From NCBI GenBank assembly GCA_037137535.1, contig JBAXKC010000001.1, positions 256,001 to 320,000 on the forward strand: a stretch of 64,000 bases of DNA, in the 5' to 3' direction. Shown here piece after piece: positions 49,116 to 60,851 of the stretch; positions within the stretch are counted from its first letter, which is position 1; every line of letters begins with the position of its first letter. The notes under the pieces were generated by a model that searched no databases, was not told the DNA's origin, and saw only the letters and a list, made by a program, of their open reading frames with translations. Source of the DNA: a bacterium. Lineage in GTDB: Bacteria; Cyanobacteriota; Vampirovibrionia; Gastranaerophilales; JBAXKC01. Position numbers and translations under genes: made by a program.

Positions 49116-50150
49116 TTAAGTTGAGAATAACAAAAGAGAATAAGTTTCTATTATTGCTTTACCAAAAAACATTGCTATTATTGCCCCAAAAACAAGAGCC
49201 GGCCCGAATGGCAAAAATGTAAAACTTTGACGTTTTTTTGCTCCTTCAATAATGACTATTGCACCAATACCCGCAAGGAATAAAGCCACTAACATTGTTA
49301 ATAACGCACCGATAGTAGTATTTGAAATACCCAGTAATTTACTTAAAGAAGGAATAGCAAGAGAAAATAACATTAACGAGGTATAAGCAATTGATTTATA
49401 ATCTTTATCCTTATACATATTAATTACAATGATTGGAATACCGACTATAACCTGAAAAATCAAGCTCAATGCAACAATTAAAAATAATTGTTTAACTCCA
49501 AACCAAGCACCAAGTCCTGCCGCTAAAACAGTATCACCTTCGCCAAATGCTCTTTCTCCGACAAATATTTTTCCCAGTCTGGAAATAACTTCAAATAAAG
49601 CCGCTCCGACTATTGCTCCTAAAACTGAATAAAGAAAGGCTTCTGGCATAAATCCAAATACTGGAACACCAATAGATCCAGAACCATACCCTCCGATGTC
49701 AAAGAAACTATAAAGCAAACCCAATGGGATTAATGGAATTGATACAGCATCATAAATCAACTGTTCTTTTAAATCGGTAACTGTAATTACAATTAATCCT
49801 GCGGTAAGAATCATTAAGAATAAGGTTTTTAATGACATTCCAAAACTGAGGTATAAAAGTATAAATAATAAACAGGAAGCACCTTCAACCAATGGATACT
49901 GTATACTAATTTTTGCTTTACAATGCCTGCATTTAGCTTTCAAAAGAATATAGCTTAATATTGGGACATTATCATACCATGCAATTTTAGTATGACATTT
50001 AGGACATTCTGATCTTGGCCTCGCCATGCTTTCACCTGATAAAAGCCTTAATGCTACAACATTTAAGAAACTTCCGATTATTAAACCTAAAAAACCGGCA
50101 ACAAAAACGAAATAGGATTGGCTAAAAATATTAAAAACTTCTTCTGTCAA
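49116..50150 (-). CDS. pilD: Prepilin peptidase / N-methyltransferase (A24)
   Basis: GSFLNVV...RSECPKC...WYDNVPILSY...CRHC...YPLVE; GEGD; PFGPAL. Confidence 0.93.
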   Translation of the reverse strand: MTEEVFNIFSQSYFVFVAGFLGLIIGSFLNVVALRLLSGESMARPRSECPKCHTKIAWYDNVPILSYILLKAKCRHCKAKISIQYPLVEGASCLLFILLYLSFGMSLKTLFLMILTAGLIVITVTDLKEQLIYDAVSIPLIPLGLLYSFFDIGGYGSGSIGVPVFGFMPEAFLYSVLGAIVGAALFEVISRLGKIFVGERAFGEGDTVLAAGLGAWFGVKQLFLIVALSLIFQVIVGIPIIVINMYKDKDYKSIAYTSLMLFSLAIPSLSKLLGISNTTIGALLTMLVALFLAGIGAIVIIEGAKKRQSFTFLPFGPALVFGAIIAMFFGKAIIETYSLLLFST

Positions 50151-50173
50151 TTTTATATCTCCTATGAAATTAT

Positions 50174-50980
50174 TTATTTTTTAGTAGATTCCTTTTTTGT
50201 AGTTATTATTTTAAGTAATTCGCTTAATGCTTTTTTAAGCCTTCGACTAACTTGCATTTGCGATATACCTAATTGCTTTGCTATTTCATTTTGACTTAGA
50301 TCATTGAAATAGCTTAACTCTATTACTTCTTTTAAACCTTGGCTAAGATTATTTACAGCTTCTGCAAGCATTATTCTATCTTCCTGCGCCGTTAAAAAAT
50401 CCTGATATTTATTATCTATAAGTTTATCTACAAGCGTTTGCTCATTCTCAATATTACCTGAAATTACTTGGTCAAGAGAAACAAGCTGTTTTCTCCTGTC
50501 AATTTCTATAACTTCATTAATTCTATTTATCGGCAATTGAACTTGCTCGGCAATTTCCATATCAGTCGGAGGTCTGCCATATTTTAAACTTAATTGCTGA
50601 ATAATTTGATTAATTCTGAAAGAAAGCTCATGTAATTCTCTCGGAGCTCTTATCATAGTTGATTTATCTCTCAAATAATGCCTTATCTCACCTGTAATAA
50701 GATAAGTAGAATATGTTTTAAAACTTGCACCTGCATTTGCGTCATACTGCTCTATTGCTTTAAGCAATCCAAGACTACCCACTTGAATCAAATCTTCAAT
50801 TGGGTCAGTATTTCTTCTGGCTAAGCCATGTGAAACTTTTTTCACAAATGGTAAGTAATAGCTTACGATAAGATCTCTTATCTGTAACTTTGTTTTTTTA
50901 TCTTCAGCAGCTTTATACTCTTTTAGCCAAATATTTATATCATTTTGTGATGTAATCTCTTGAAGATTCACAGTACGCAT
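50174..50980 (-). CDS. SigB/SigF-type alternative sigma factor
   Basis: EDLIQVGSLGLLKAI, ITGEIRHYLRD, and GISQMQVSR. Confidence 0.92.
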   Translation of the reverse strand: MRTVNLQEITSQNDINIWLKEYKAAEDKKTKLQIRDLIVSYYLPFVKKVSHGLARRNTDPIEDLIQVGSLGLLKAIEQYDANAGASFKTYSTYLITGEIRHYLRDKSTMIRAPRELHELSFRINQIIQQLSLKYGRPPTDMEIAEQVQLPINRINEVIEIDRRKQLVSLDQVISGNIENEQTLVDKLIDNKYQDFLTAQEDRIMLAEAVNNLSQGLKEVIELSYFNDLSQNEIAKQLGISQMQVSRRLKKALSELLKIITTKKESTKK

Positions 50981-51139
50981 TATCCTTTACTTGGGAAATA
51001 TTAAGGCTTTCTGATTATAACATATCATTGGAGGTCATTATAATATATTTTAGAAAATCATATTAGTTATGTATTAAAAAAAGATGATCCCTGTTCAATA
51101 CAGCGATCATCTTTTTGTGACTTAGAGCTTTTTTATTTA

Positions 51140-51508
<369 letters not shown>

Positions 51509-51545
51509 TTAATTATACTACAGAAAAATAATGCCTAATCTTTAA

Positions 51546-52877
51546 TTAAAGGATATAGCCTCTTTCTCCATGCTGACTTAAATCTAATCCTTCAACTTCT
51601 TCTTCTTCACTTACTCTTAATCCTGTTAACCAATCAATACTCTTTAATATTATTGCAGTCATTAAGAATGAATAAGCAATTGCAGCTCCTATACTGATAA
51701 GTTGAATCCATAGTAATGAAGGATTGCCAAAGAATAATCCATTTGCTCCAAGTGCATTAACTGCTTTAGAAGCAAAAAGACCAGTAGCAATAGCTCCCCA
51801 AACTCCGCCAACACCATGAACACCAACAGCATCTAAGGAGTCATCGTATTTGAATTTGTATTTTAAGCTAACTGCTGCATAACATAATACACCGGCCACA
51901 AGACCAATTAAAATAGCAGGCATTACTGAAACATAACCACATGCCGGAGTTATAGCTACAAGACCGGCTACTGCACCAGATGCAACACCTAATACAGTAG
52001 GTTTTCCATGATGTTTCCATTCAATAATAAACCATGAGATAGCTGCTGCAGCTGCAGCTATATGTGTAACAACTACTGAAGAAACAGCCATTTGATTAGC
52101 ACCAAGTGCGCTTCCACCATTAAATCCGAACCATCCAAACCATAATAAGGCTGTACCAAGTAAGGTAAGTCCTAAATTATGAGGAGGCATTGCATTTTGA
52201 GTAAAGCCTTTTCTTTTTCCAACCATAATTGCTGCGGCAAGAGCAGAAAAACCTGAACTGATATGAACTACAAGTCCACCGGCATAATCAAGAGCGCCTA
52301 AATTTCTTATCCAGCCTCCAAGTCCCCATACCCAATGAGCAAGAGGGAAATAAACAAAAGTGCTCCATAATACTAAAAAGATTAAATAAGATTTAAACTT
52401 AAATCGTTCAGCAAATGCTCCTGAAATTAAAGCAGGTGTAATAGCTGCAAACATCATCTGAAAAAGCATAAACTCTTGATGAGGAATAGTTGCTGCATAA
52501 TCTGCATTAGGCTGTAAACCGACATGTTTAAGTCCAAACCAACTTAAATTCCCTATAATATGACCTATATCAGGTCCAAATGATAAACTATAGCCGTAAA
52601 TAACCCATAATAGAGAAACTACGCCAAGAGAGACAAAACTCTGCATAATTGTGCCGAGAATGTTTTTTCTTCTGACCATACCACCATAGTACAAGGCTAG
52701 TGCCGGTGTCATAAGCATTACTAAACCTATTGATACAAGCATCCATGCGGTATCACCCGTGTCAATGACTGCTTTTGTCGTTTCTGCTGCCATTGCACCA
52801 GATGTAAACATAAAAAACGAAATAATAAATACTGCTGAAAGGCTTATTGCTCTTTCAATCCACTTGCTCGCGGTCAT
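51546..52877 (-). CDS. amtB: Ammonium transporter
   Basis: DTGDTAW, FQMMFAAITPAL, LDYAGGLVVH, WFGWFGFNGGS, and DDSLDAVGVHG. Confidence 0.97.
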   Translation of the reverse strand: MTASKWIERAISLSAVFIISFFMFTSGAMAAETTKAVIDTGDTAWMLVSIGLVMLMTPALALYYGGMVRRKNILGTIMQSFVSLGVVSLLWVIYGYSLSFGPDIGHIIGNLSWFGLKHVGLQPNADYAATIPHQEFMLFQMMFAAITPALISGAFAERFKFKSYLIFLVLWSTFVYFPLAHWVWGLGGWIRNLGALDYAGGLVVHISSGFSALAAAIMVGKRKGFTQNAMPPHNLGLTLLGTALLWFGWFGFNGGSALGANQMAVSSVVVTHIAAAAAAISWFIIEWKHHGKPTVLGVASGAVAGLVAITPACGYVSVMPAILIGLVAGVLCYAAVSLKYKFKYDDSLDAVGVHGVGGVWGAIATGLFASKAVNALGANGLFFGNPSLLWIQLISIGAAIAYSFLMTAIILKSIDWLTGLRVSEEEEVEGLDLSQHGERGYIL

Positions 52878-53278
52878 AATGTCCTCCTGTTTTGCGAGTT
52901 TAAATTTTTCTACATGATCTCTTCTTTATTTTAATTATTATAGAGGAATTATTTAAAAATGAAATTTTCTCATTTCCCAAAATAGTTTTATGCTAAACAG
53001 AAATGACTATTTTTTTTGTAATAAACTTAAGTTTTGAAAATAAATAATAATAGTTTTAGATTCAAGAAATAGTGATTTTTTTCTTTATTCATCAAATTTT
53101 CAAAATAATTTAATATAAAAAAAATATTAAACTATATAAACTGCAACCCTCTAGTTAACAAAACTTAATATTTTGTATGTATTTATAAATTTGTTTATCT
53201 CATAATAGGTTTTGCAGTTAAAACATAGCTTTAAAAATACTATAAATTAATAAAAATCGTATAGAGTAGGAGAAAACT

Positions 53279-54622
53279 ATGCAAATATCTCAACCAAAAG
53301 GGATTTCAAACTTTTTTAAAATGATGCTGGATCATCCGAAAGGTCTTTATTTTTTATTCTGTGTAGAGATGTGGGAAAGATTTAGCTATTACGGGATACG
53401 TGCACTTTTATTTCTTTATATGACAGAAAAACTTATCTTTTCAGTGGGTAAAGCAGGCAGCATATACGCATGGTACACAGGACTAATATATACTACACCA
53501 TTAATCGGTGGCTATATAGCTGATAGATACTTAGGAGCAAGAAGAAGTATATTAATCGGTGGAGGATTGATGGCTCTAGGCCAATTCTGCCTTGCAACAG
53601 GATCATTAAATTTATTTTTTGCGGCTTTAGGACTTTTGGTGTTAGGAAATGGATTTTTCAAACCCAATATATCTACAATTGTCGGAAAATTATATCCTGA
53701 AAATGACCATAGAAGAGATGGCGGATTTACTATCTTTTATATGGGAATAAATTTAGGTGCATTTTTAGCTCCATTAGTTTGTGGAACTCTGGCAAAACTA
53801 TACGGTTATAAATATGGATTTATGTTTGCCGGTTTTGGAATGATACTCGGGCTTATAATCTATATACTTGGACAAAATAAGTTTTTAGCTCATTACGGAC
53901 TTGCCCCCATTCACTGTAAAGAACAAAAAGAATGCCCTGCCGATGCAACTGACCTTGATAAACCTTTAACCAAAGAAGATAAACAAAAAATAGCAGTTAT
54001 TTTTACACTGGTATTTTTCAGCATATTTTTCTGGTCTTCTTTTGAACAGGCAGGCTCTTCATTAACGCTTTTTGCAGAACATTCAACCAATAGAATGCTA
54101 CCGATTTTACATAAAAATATTCCTGCGAGCTTTTTTCAGTCAATTAATCCTTTTTTAATTATGATTTTAGCTCCGTTATTTTCTTCATTATGGTTAGGAC
54201 TTTCAAATAAAAAATTAGATCCTTCAGCTCCTATGAAATTTGTTTTAAGCTTGAGCTTTGTTTCATTAGGATTTATAGTTATGTTTTTTGCGGCAAATTT
54301 AGCCGGTTTATCAGGAAAAGTAAGTTTCTTATGGCTTATTAGCGTATATTTTCTTCATACAATAGGTGAATTATGTCTTTCACCTGTTGGATTATCAATG
54401 ATAACCAAACTTGCTCCTTTAAGATTTGCATCAATGCTTATGGGCGTATGGCTAAGCGGAAGTTCTCTTGCTAATTTAACCGCAGGCTTTTTTGCGGGAA
54501 ACTATGACAAAATCAGCCATAATTTTTTCTTCCTTATACCGGCAGTAACTTCAGGAATTGCAGCGGTTATATTATTAGCATTAGTACCTGTTCTTAAAAA
54601 GTGGATGAATGGAGTAGAGTAA
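53279..54622 (+). CDS. POT/PTR family peptide:H+ symporter
   Basis: EMWERFSYYG, GGYIADR, GNGFFKPN, and FYMGINLGA. Confidence 0.95.
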   Translation: MQISQPKGISNFFKMMLDHPKGLYFLFCVEMWERFSYYGIRALLFLYMTEKLIFSVGKAGSIYAWYTGLIYTTPLIGGYIADRYLGARRSILIGGGLMALGQFCLATGSLNLFFAALGLLVLGNGFFKPNISTIVGKLYPENDHRRDGGFTIFYMGINLGAFLAPLVCGTLAKLYGYKYGFMFAGFGMILGLIIYILGQNKFLAHYGLAPIHCKEQKECPADATDLDKPLTKEDKQKIAVIFTLVFFSIFFWSSFEQAGSSLTLFAEHSTNRMLPILHKNIPASFFQSINPFLIMILAPLFSSLWLGLSNKKLDPSAPMKFVLSLSFVSLGFIVMFFAANLAGLSGKVSFLWLISVYFLHTIGELCLSPVGLSMITKLAPLRFASMLMGVWLSGSSLANLTAGFFAGNYDKISHNFFFLIPAVTSGIAAVILLALVPVLKKWMNGVE

Positions 54623-54625
54623 TTC

Positions 54626-55282
54626 TTAAATTTCTTTTGGAATCAGCTCTTCTTGCATAGCTTTTAGAGCTGCCTGAGTTCTATCTTCAACTTCAAGCTT
54701 TTGAAAAATATTTTTAAGGTGGGTTTTAACTGTATTAAGACTTATATAAAGCTGTTGTGATATTTCATTATTGCTACAACCTTTAGCAATAAGGCTTAGC
54801 ACGTCCACTTCTCTTTCAGTTAAGCTATTTTCCTGTAATTTTATATGTTTATTTTTATTGGCCAGATTATTCAACACTATTCTTGCTATTTGAGGATCAA
54901 GCCAGCTTGCTCCGTTATATGTCGTTTTAATTACAGACACAAGTATGTTAGGGTCAATATCTTTTGTGCAGTAGGAATTAGCTCCTGCTGAAAGAGCTTC
55001 AAGCACATCATTTTCACCGTCATGAGATGTTAACATAATTATACCCGGTGGATTTTTAAGCTTTTTTATCTCTTTTACAGCTTGTATTCCATCCATTATA
55101 GGCATACCAATATCTAACAATATTATATCGGGATTAAGTTCTTTAACTGATTCAATAGCTAAAAGTCCATTCTCAGCTACTCCTACAACTTCAATATCAA
55201 TAAAATGCTTAAAAGTAGTTTTAAGTCCTACTACTGTTAATTTAGAGTCATCTGCAATTATTATGCGGATTTTTTTATCCAT
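54626..55282 (-). CDS. NarL/LuxR family response regulator
   Basis: Receiver domain (LLDIGMP) plus LTEREVDVL...TVKTHLKNIFQKL. Confidence 0.95.
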   Translation of the reverse strand: MDKKIRIIIADDSKLTVVGLKTTFKHFIDIEVVGVAENGLLAIESVKELNPDIILLDIGMPIMDGIQAVKEIKKLKNPPGIIMLTSHDGENDVLEALSAGANSYCTKDIDPNILVSVIKTTYNGASWLDPQIARIVLNNLANKNKHIKLQENSLTEREVDVLSLIAKGCSNNEISQQLYISLNTVKTHLKNIFQKLEVEDRTQAALKAMQEELIPKEI

Positions 55283-55302
55283 TTTCTACCCTTTTAAATT
55301 TA

Positions 55303-57066
55303 TTAAGCAACAGGTAATGTAAATTTAAAGACTGAACCTTGCCCTTCGACACTTTCTGCCCAAATATATCCATTATGTTTATTTATAACCTGATAAGAAT
55401 AATATAATCCTAATCCTGTTCCCGCAGGCTTTCTTCCTTTATTTAAAGAAAACCTTTTGAACAACTCGGGCATTTCCTCTCTATTAAGTCCTATTCCATC
55501 ATCTTTAATTGAGACTAAAACCATATCATTTAGAATTAATGGACTTTTTAAGGTAGTATAAGAATCAGATGAAGCAATTGGGTTATATATTGAATCTTTG
55601 TTCTTATAACTTTGTATTTCGCATATTATATGACCTCGATGAACTCCATTAGCAATAGCATTACTTATAAGATTATGTAAAACTCTTTTAATTTCTCTTT
55701 CATCCGCTGATATAACAGCATTTTCTTCTTTTTCCATGTTTATAATAATTTTTTTGTCATTAGCAAGTGACTTTATTTGTCCTATTGATTCATTTACTAA
55801 TTTAACAATATCAAATTCTGATTTAAAAAGTTGAACATTTCCCATATCATATCGATAAACTTCAAGAAGAGTGCTGACCATTTCTAAAGAAGAATTATTT
55901 GTACTTTTAATGAGGCTTAAAACCTCTTCCTGTTCAGAAGTTATAGGGCCGTAATCTTCTTTTAACAGATAATTAATTGTTTGATTTTCTGCAAGCATAG
56001 GAACTTTAAGATCATGAGTCAGCGTAGCTACAAAGTTATCTCGCAATTGCTCCTGAGTTTTAAGTTCTTCTGCCATTTTATTAAAAGTATTTGCAAGTTG
56101 AGCAATCTCGTCCTTACCTTTAATATTCACTTTTAAATCTAAATCCCCTTCTGATAACTTCCTCGCAAAATATACGAGCTTTAAAATAGGTGTTGTGATA
56201 GTGCGTGCAAACAATGCAGCAATAATTATCGCTACTATTAAGCTAATAATTGAAATAACGCTAATAGCTTTAATATTTTGTATTAAAGGATTAATGAATT
56301 TTTCATTATTTACTCTTATAAAAGCATATCCGATTATATTTCCCAAATAACCTTTAATAGGTATTTCTTTAATAATTGAATTAGATTTTATTTCTGCTAA
56401 CGATAATTTTTCACTGTTAGTAGGCTTGATTAATATTGATATATCTTGATTACTAAAATCATAGGAATTAATCATTTTTGTTCCCAAAATAAGAATTCCT
56501 TCAAATTTTTTACCCTTTAAAACAGGGTAAAAAACAATATTATATAATCCAAAAATATTTTTAGCCTTATTATTTTTATAAAACATTCCTTCTGAAATAA
56601 GCTCCGAAGATGTTATAATCTCTCCAGAATTTACAATATTTAAGAGTTTCATCAAATTAGAATCAGGCTTTAAATAAATAAAATTTGAATTAGAAGAAAT
56701 AACCTTTTTATCTTTTGTTATAAAAACAGCTAAGTCCAGTTTTGTACTTTTAGATAATATTGAAAGTTGTTTTTCTATTTCATTATCGGACTTTTTAATA
56801 AAATAATTCATTTTAGACAGATTAGCTATTAATAATAACTTGTTAAATTCTTGAGAAGTTTGTCGGATAAAAAATTCAGAGTTGTATTGAAGTTCATATC
56901 TAGCACTATTAAGCAAACTTTGGTTTAACATTGCATTAGAAAAATTAGTTACAGCAATCATCGGAATTATAGTAATAAATAAAACAAGAGAAAGCAATTT
57001 AGTTGTAATAGTATCGATTGCAGGGATTTTTAAACTTTTAAATATATATTTAAGTCGTTTTATCAT
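55303..57066 (-). CDS. HAMP-domain sensor histidine kinase
   Basis: Two TM helices, HAMP (DEIAQLANTFNKM), THDLKVP, NLISNAI, DDGIG, and GTGLGL. Confidence 0.95.
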   Translation of the reverse strand: MIKRLKYIFKSLKIPAIDTITTKLLSLVLFITIIPMIAVTNFSNAMLNQSLLNSARYELQYNSEFFIRQTSQEFNKLLLIANLSKMNYFIKKSDNEIEKQLSILSKSTKLDLAVFITKDKKVISSNSNFIYLKPDSNLMKLLNIVNSGEIITSSELISEGMFYKNNKAKNIFGLYNIVFYPVLKGKKFEGILILGTKMINSYDFSNQDISILIKPTNSEKLSLAEIKSNSIIKEIPIKGYLGNIIGYAFIRVNNEKFINPLIQNIKAISVISIISLIVAIIIAALFARTITTPILKLVYFARKLSEGDLDLKVNIKGKDEIAQLANTFNKMAEELKTQEQLRDNFVATLTHDLKVPMLAENQTINYLLKEDYGPITSEQEEVLSLIKSTNNSSLEMVSTLLEVYRYDMGNVQLFKSEFDIVKLVNESIGQIKSLANDKKIIINMEKEENAVISADEREIKRVLHNLISNAIANGVHRGHIICEIQSYKNKDSIYNPIASSDSYTTLKSPLILNDMVLVSIKDDGIGLNREEMPELFKRFSLNKGRKPAGTGLGLYYSYQVINKHNGYIWAESVEGQGSVFKFTLPVA

Positions 57067-57260
57067 ATCTTACAGCCTAGTTCAGAATCTCTAATACAAC
57101 ACTAGATTATTATATCTTATTTTTAGAGAAGTTTTAAATCAAATAAAATTATTTTCAAATTATATGATTTAATTTAGTTATTATTGTGATAAAATAACCT
57201 CCATGTCCCATCGGTACTTTAGAGAGTTAATTAATAAAATAGGTCAGCCGGCTATTAAAT

Positions 57261-57896
57261 ATGAAAACTTTAAATGATTATGTAGAGTTAATAGAAACAA
57301 TAGCAAGAATAGAATACAACCGTTTATCAACTTCGTCACATTTGATAGATTTCTCCGAATTGGTTAATATTGGGGCAATAGCGGTTCATGTTCTTATTAC
57401 TTCAAATAAAGATAAGGAATATAATATTTCTTATATGTCTACTGCCATAAAATGGGCGATAAGAAATGAACTTAGACGCCGTTATAAATGGTATGCAATG
57501 AAAAGCACAGCCAAAGATGACAATGATGCACTTATTGATGCAACTGAAGAAAACCTTGATATTGAAAAAAGTAAAATCAGAGAGTCGGTTTATGAGCAAA
57601 TTCTTTCAATTGAAGATATGGAAGAAGCTGATAATCCTACACAAATAAAAGATTCATCCTTAAATCCCGAAGAAAGTCTTGAATTAAGAGAATTAAATAA
57701 AGCAATAAAAGAAGCTATGAAATTTTTACTTCCGAGAGAAAAAATGGTAATAGAGAGTAGATTTTTTAAAGGCAGAAGAATAAAAGACCTTGCCGAAGAG
57801 ATGAATATTTCCTCCTCAAGAGTTTCAAGAATTATTCAATCAGGCTTAGACAAAATAAGAAATGAACTAAAGAAAAAAGATATGTATTTAGACTAA
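57261..57896 (+). CDS. Divergent sigma-70 family (FliA/WhiG-like) sigma factor
   Basis: ELVNIG...IKWAIRNELRR region 2; LLPREKMVI...LAEEMNISSSRVSRI region 4. Confidence 0.85.
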   Translation: MKTLNDYVELIETIARIEYNRLSTSSHLIDFSELVNIGAIAVHVLITSNKDKEYNISYMSTAIKWAIRNELRRRYKWYAMKSTAKDDNDALIDATEENLDIEKSKIRESVYEQILSIEDMEEADNPTQIKDSSLNPEESLELRELNKAIKEAMKFLLPREKMVIESRFFKGRRIKDLAEEMNISSSRVSRIIQSGLDKIRNELKKKDMYLD

Positions 57897-58091
57897 AAAC
57901 AAGTTTTGAAACAATCAATATTATTTATCCAAATTATAAAAGACCTATACTAATAATTCATATATACGTTTTCTTTATCAGAGATTTTATAAAGTTGTCC
58001 ATATAGCTTAATGCCTTTGTAGAAGGGTTTTAATCATTAACTGGTTTATGATTATAGCAATCTATTACTTTGCATTATAAGGATATGACTT

Positions 58092-58982
58092 ATGAAAGTA
58101 TTATTCTGTACAGATGGATCTGAGGCTTCTAATTTTGCAATAAAAAAAGCTTTATCTATCTTAAAAAAAGATATAGAAATTCATCTATTAAATTCAGGGG
58201 ATTGGGGGCTACTTCCAACCTTTATTACTTTTCCATACGAAACAGAAGTTGGCTTTCCTACTGAAAAAAATATTGGTGAAGAAATATTAAATGCCACAGA
58301 AATTTATATTAATCAGCTTGGCTTTAAGGTGGATAAAAAAGATTTTTTGTTCGGACCTGCTGATAAAGTCATATTAGAGCAAATTAACGAAAATAAATAC
58401 AATGTTGTTGTTATGGGTTCACATGGAAAGAAAGGATTTTCTAAGTGGCTTGGCAGTATTAGTAGAAAAGTTGTATTCAAATCACCTATTCCAGTTATTA
58501 TTGCCCGTCCGCCCCATAAAGAAAAAGATAAGATAGAAACTAAAGAAATATTAATTGCTGCTGATGGCTCAGCATGTTCATTTAACGCCATAACAAAAAT
58601 GACTGAGCTTTTAAATATGGAAGATAGCAATATTGAAGTAATAAATGTAATTGCGGGAATTGAAAATTTACCTGTAGAAATATCTATGGATGAAGAGTGG
58701 CTAAAAATGATAACAGAAAGACAAAATAAATTATCCGAAGAAATATTTGACAAAGTAAAAATATTATTGAGCAAAAAAGGTATAACTGTTAAAAACAGTA
58801 TTATTAAAAAAGGAGATGCTGCAAGAGAAATACTGGAATATATTAAAGAAAAGCCCAAATTATTAACAATTTCAGGATCACATGGAAGAGAAGGTTTTTC
58901 TGATATTCTATTGGGAAGTGTAAGCAAAAGAATACTTGACAATGCCCCCAATATGGTATTAATTGTACCTATAAACAGGTAA
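58092..58982 (+). CDS. Tandem universal stress protein
   Basis: Two USP domains: TDGS...MGSHGK and ADGS...GSHGREG...LGSVS. Confidence 0.93.
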   Translation: MKVLFCTDGSEASNFAIKKALSILKKDIEIHLLNSGDWGLLPTFITFPYETEVGFPTEKNIGEEILNATEIYINQLGFKVDKKDFLFGPADKVILEQINENKYNVVVMGSHGKKGFSKWLGSISRKVVFKSPIPVIIARPPHKEKDKIETKEILIAADGSACSFNAITKMTELLNMEDSNIEVINVIAGIENLPVEISMDEEWLKMITERQNKLSEEIFDKVKILLSKKGITVKNSIIKKGDAAREILEYIKEKPKLLTISGSHGREGFSDILLGSVSKRILDNAPNMVLIVPINR

Positions 58983-59370
58983 TAAAAAACAGAAATATAA
59001 TTCTCAATTTTAAAACCAGAGTAGTTTTAAAAACTTAACAAATGGGTAAATAAATACTATAATGCTAAATGGAAAAATTAAAAATAATTTTTGTTAAATA
59101 AATTTTGTTTTTTTATTAAAATATTAATAAGAGTTAAATTAATAAACAGAAAGTTTGACTTGAAATAATAGTTATAGTAATGATATGTTAATATCAAAAA
59201 TATGAAAATATTTTATACATATAAAACTTGAAAAGGAGAAAATAAAAAATTTAATAAAAATAAGCAATTAATTGTCGTTTAATGTTTTTATAAAACAAAG
59301 TTATTGGGTAATATCAATTCAATTTATTTTTTTATTGTGTAATAGGGTTAAAAAAACGAAGAGGGACACC

Positions 59371-59772
59371 ATGTCAAAACTATCAGCTCCAAAGAGCGAA
59401 GCTCCTGCATTAGATGTAGATAAGCCTATGTTTCCAATCAGCGTTGTTGCTGATTTGTTAAAGGTTCATCAAAGAACACTAAGAATTTATGATGATGAAA
59501 ATATTCTTGTGCCAAACAGATCACCAAAAAACAGAAGATTATATTCTTTTAATGATATTGAAAGAGGAAAATTCATTCAGTATCTTACAAGAGAACTGGG
59601 AATTAACCTTGCCGGTATTAAAATAATTTTCTATCTTCTATCTCAACAAAAAATTGATTCCTCACGTTATATTGATTATTTAAGTGAAATTGCAAAAAAC
59701 TTAAATCTAGGAACCGAAGAATCAGAAGAAACTGAAGAACCTGCTCCTAAAAAAGGAAAAAAAGCAGAGTAA
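59371..59772 (+). CDS. MerR-family HspR-like regulator
   Basis: PISVVADLLKVHQRTLRIYD...RRLYS...GINLAGIKII; start ATG 59371 after GAGGG. Confidence 0.85.
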   Translation: MSKLSAPKSEAPALDVDKPMFPISVVADLLKVHQRTLRIYDDENILVPNRSPKNRRLYSFNDIERGKFIQYLTRELGINLAGIKIIFYLLSQQKIDSSRYIDYLSEIAKNLNLGTEESEETEEPAPKKGKKAE

Positions 59773-59793
59773 TCAGTTTTAACAGCAATAATT

Positions 59794-59823
59794 AATAAAC
59801 AGCAGATCAAACTGCTGTTTATT
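59794..59823. terminator. Bidirectional intrinsic terminator
   Basis: AATAAACAGCAG-ATCAAA-CTGCTGTTTATT. Confidence 0.7.
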
Positions 59824-59854
59824 TTTTTGCGATTATAAAAACATATAAATTCCT

Positions 59855-60658
59855 CTAATAAGTTGGCATTAGCTTATTTAAAAACGAATTAACCCCTATT
59901 TGAGCATCATTATGAGAAATAGCCTTTAAAAAGTTTTCTGGCTCAACTTTTTCAGGATCAGCTGTTTTATTATTTTTTAATGTTTTTTTCAACAACATAA
60001 GCGCATTAGGTGAATTATGGGCTAATTTATTACAAATAGCTAAAACTTCCTTATGAAAAGAGTCTATTTCAATCAATTCAGAGACTATACCTATATCATA
60101 AGCCGTTTTTGCCTTAATTAAATCACCAAGTGCCATATAATAATGAGCTTTTTTTGAGCCCATAAGTTCTTCCAATCTGTGAATTCCGCCATATCCTGGA
60201 ATTAATCCTATTTTAACCTCGGATAAAGCAAATTTTGCATCAGTAGAGGCTAAAATAATATCGCAACTGAGTATCATCTCAAATGCTCCGCCGATTGCAA
60301 CTCCATCTACTGCCGCAATTATAGTTTTAGGATGATTTTCAATATAAGATAATATTTTTCTTACTTTTAAGAGTTTTTTTTCAAACTCCGCAATATTTTC
60401 TTTAACTAATTTAAATTTACTTTCATAATCCTTTAGATTGACGCCTGCGGAAAAGATTTTTTTACCGCTTTTAGAAATTATACTTTTTGCATTTATTAAT
60501 ATGATTCTGATTTCATTATTTTCTTCAAAACTTTTCAAGACATGATATATCTCGTCAAAAATCGCATAACATAGCGTATTTAGTTCTTCAGAATTATTTA
60601 GAGAGATTATACCGATTTTGTTCTCTGTTTTAACATCAATATATTTTAAATTCTTCAT
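59855..60658 (-). CDS. Enoyl-CoA hydratase/isomerase family protein
   Basis: FSAGVNL, AIGGAFE, and SEVKIGLIPGYGG. Confidence 0.92.
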   Translation of the reverse strand: MKNLKYIDVKTENKIGIISLNNSEELNTLCYAIFDEIYHVLKSFEENNEIRIILINAKSIISKSGKKIFSAGVNLKDYESKFKLVKENIAEFEKKLLKVRKILSYIENHPKTIIAAVDGVAIGGAFEMILSCDIILASTDAKFALSEVKIGLIPGYGGIHRLEELMGSKKAHYYMALGDLIKAKTAYDIGIVSELIEIDSFHKEVLAICNKLAHNSPNALMLLKKTLKNNKTADPEKVEPENFLKAISHNDAQIGVNSFLNKLMPTY

Positions 60659-60851
60659 TTTATTTCTCCAGTTAAGCATAAGATATTATTAGTCTATTAT
60701 ATAAAGCTGAATTTAGACAAAAATAAATAACAAAGCATTAATATTAATAAATTAATTTGTTATTTTTAGATACTTAAAGCTGATATTGCGTTATAATTTA
60801 ATCAGATCGAATTTATTCAGTTATAGTTAAAACAGGGGTTAAAATTATAAA

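Noticed and set aside
52878-53278. NtcA box (GTA-N8-TAC) upstream of amtB
   Set aside because: No convincing match found by eye.
58313-58951. 212-aa antisense ORF and the other short overlapping ORFs in the track (e.g. 1936-2148, 9337-9639, 10904-11275, 19014-19385, 29400-29741)
   Set aside because: They are shadows of well-supported genes on the opposite strand or frame, with no recognisable motifs.
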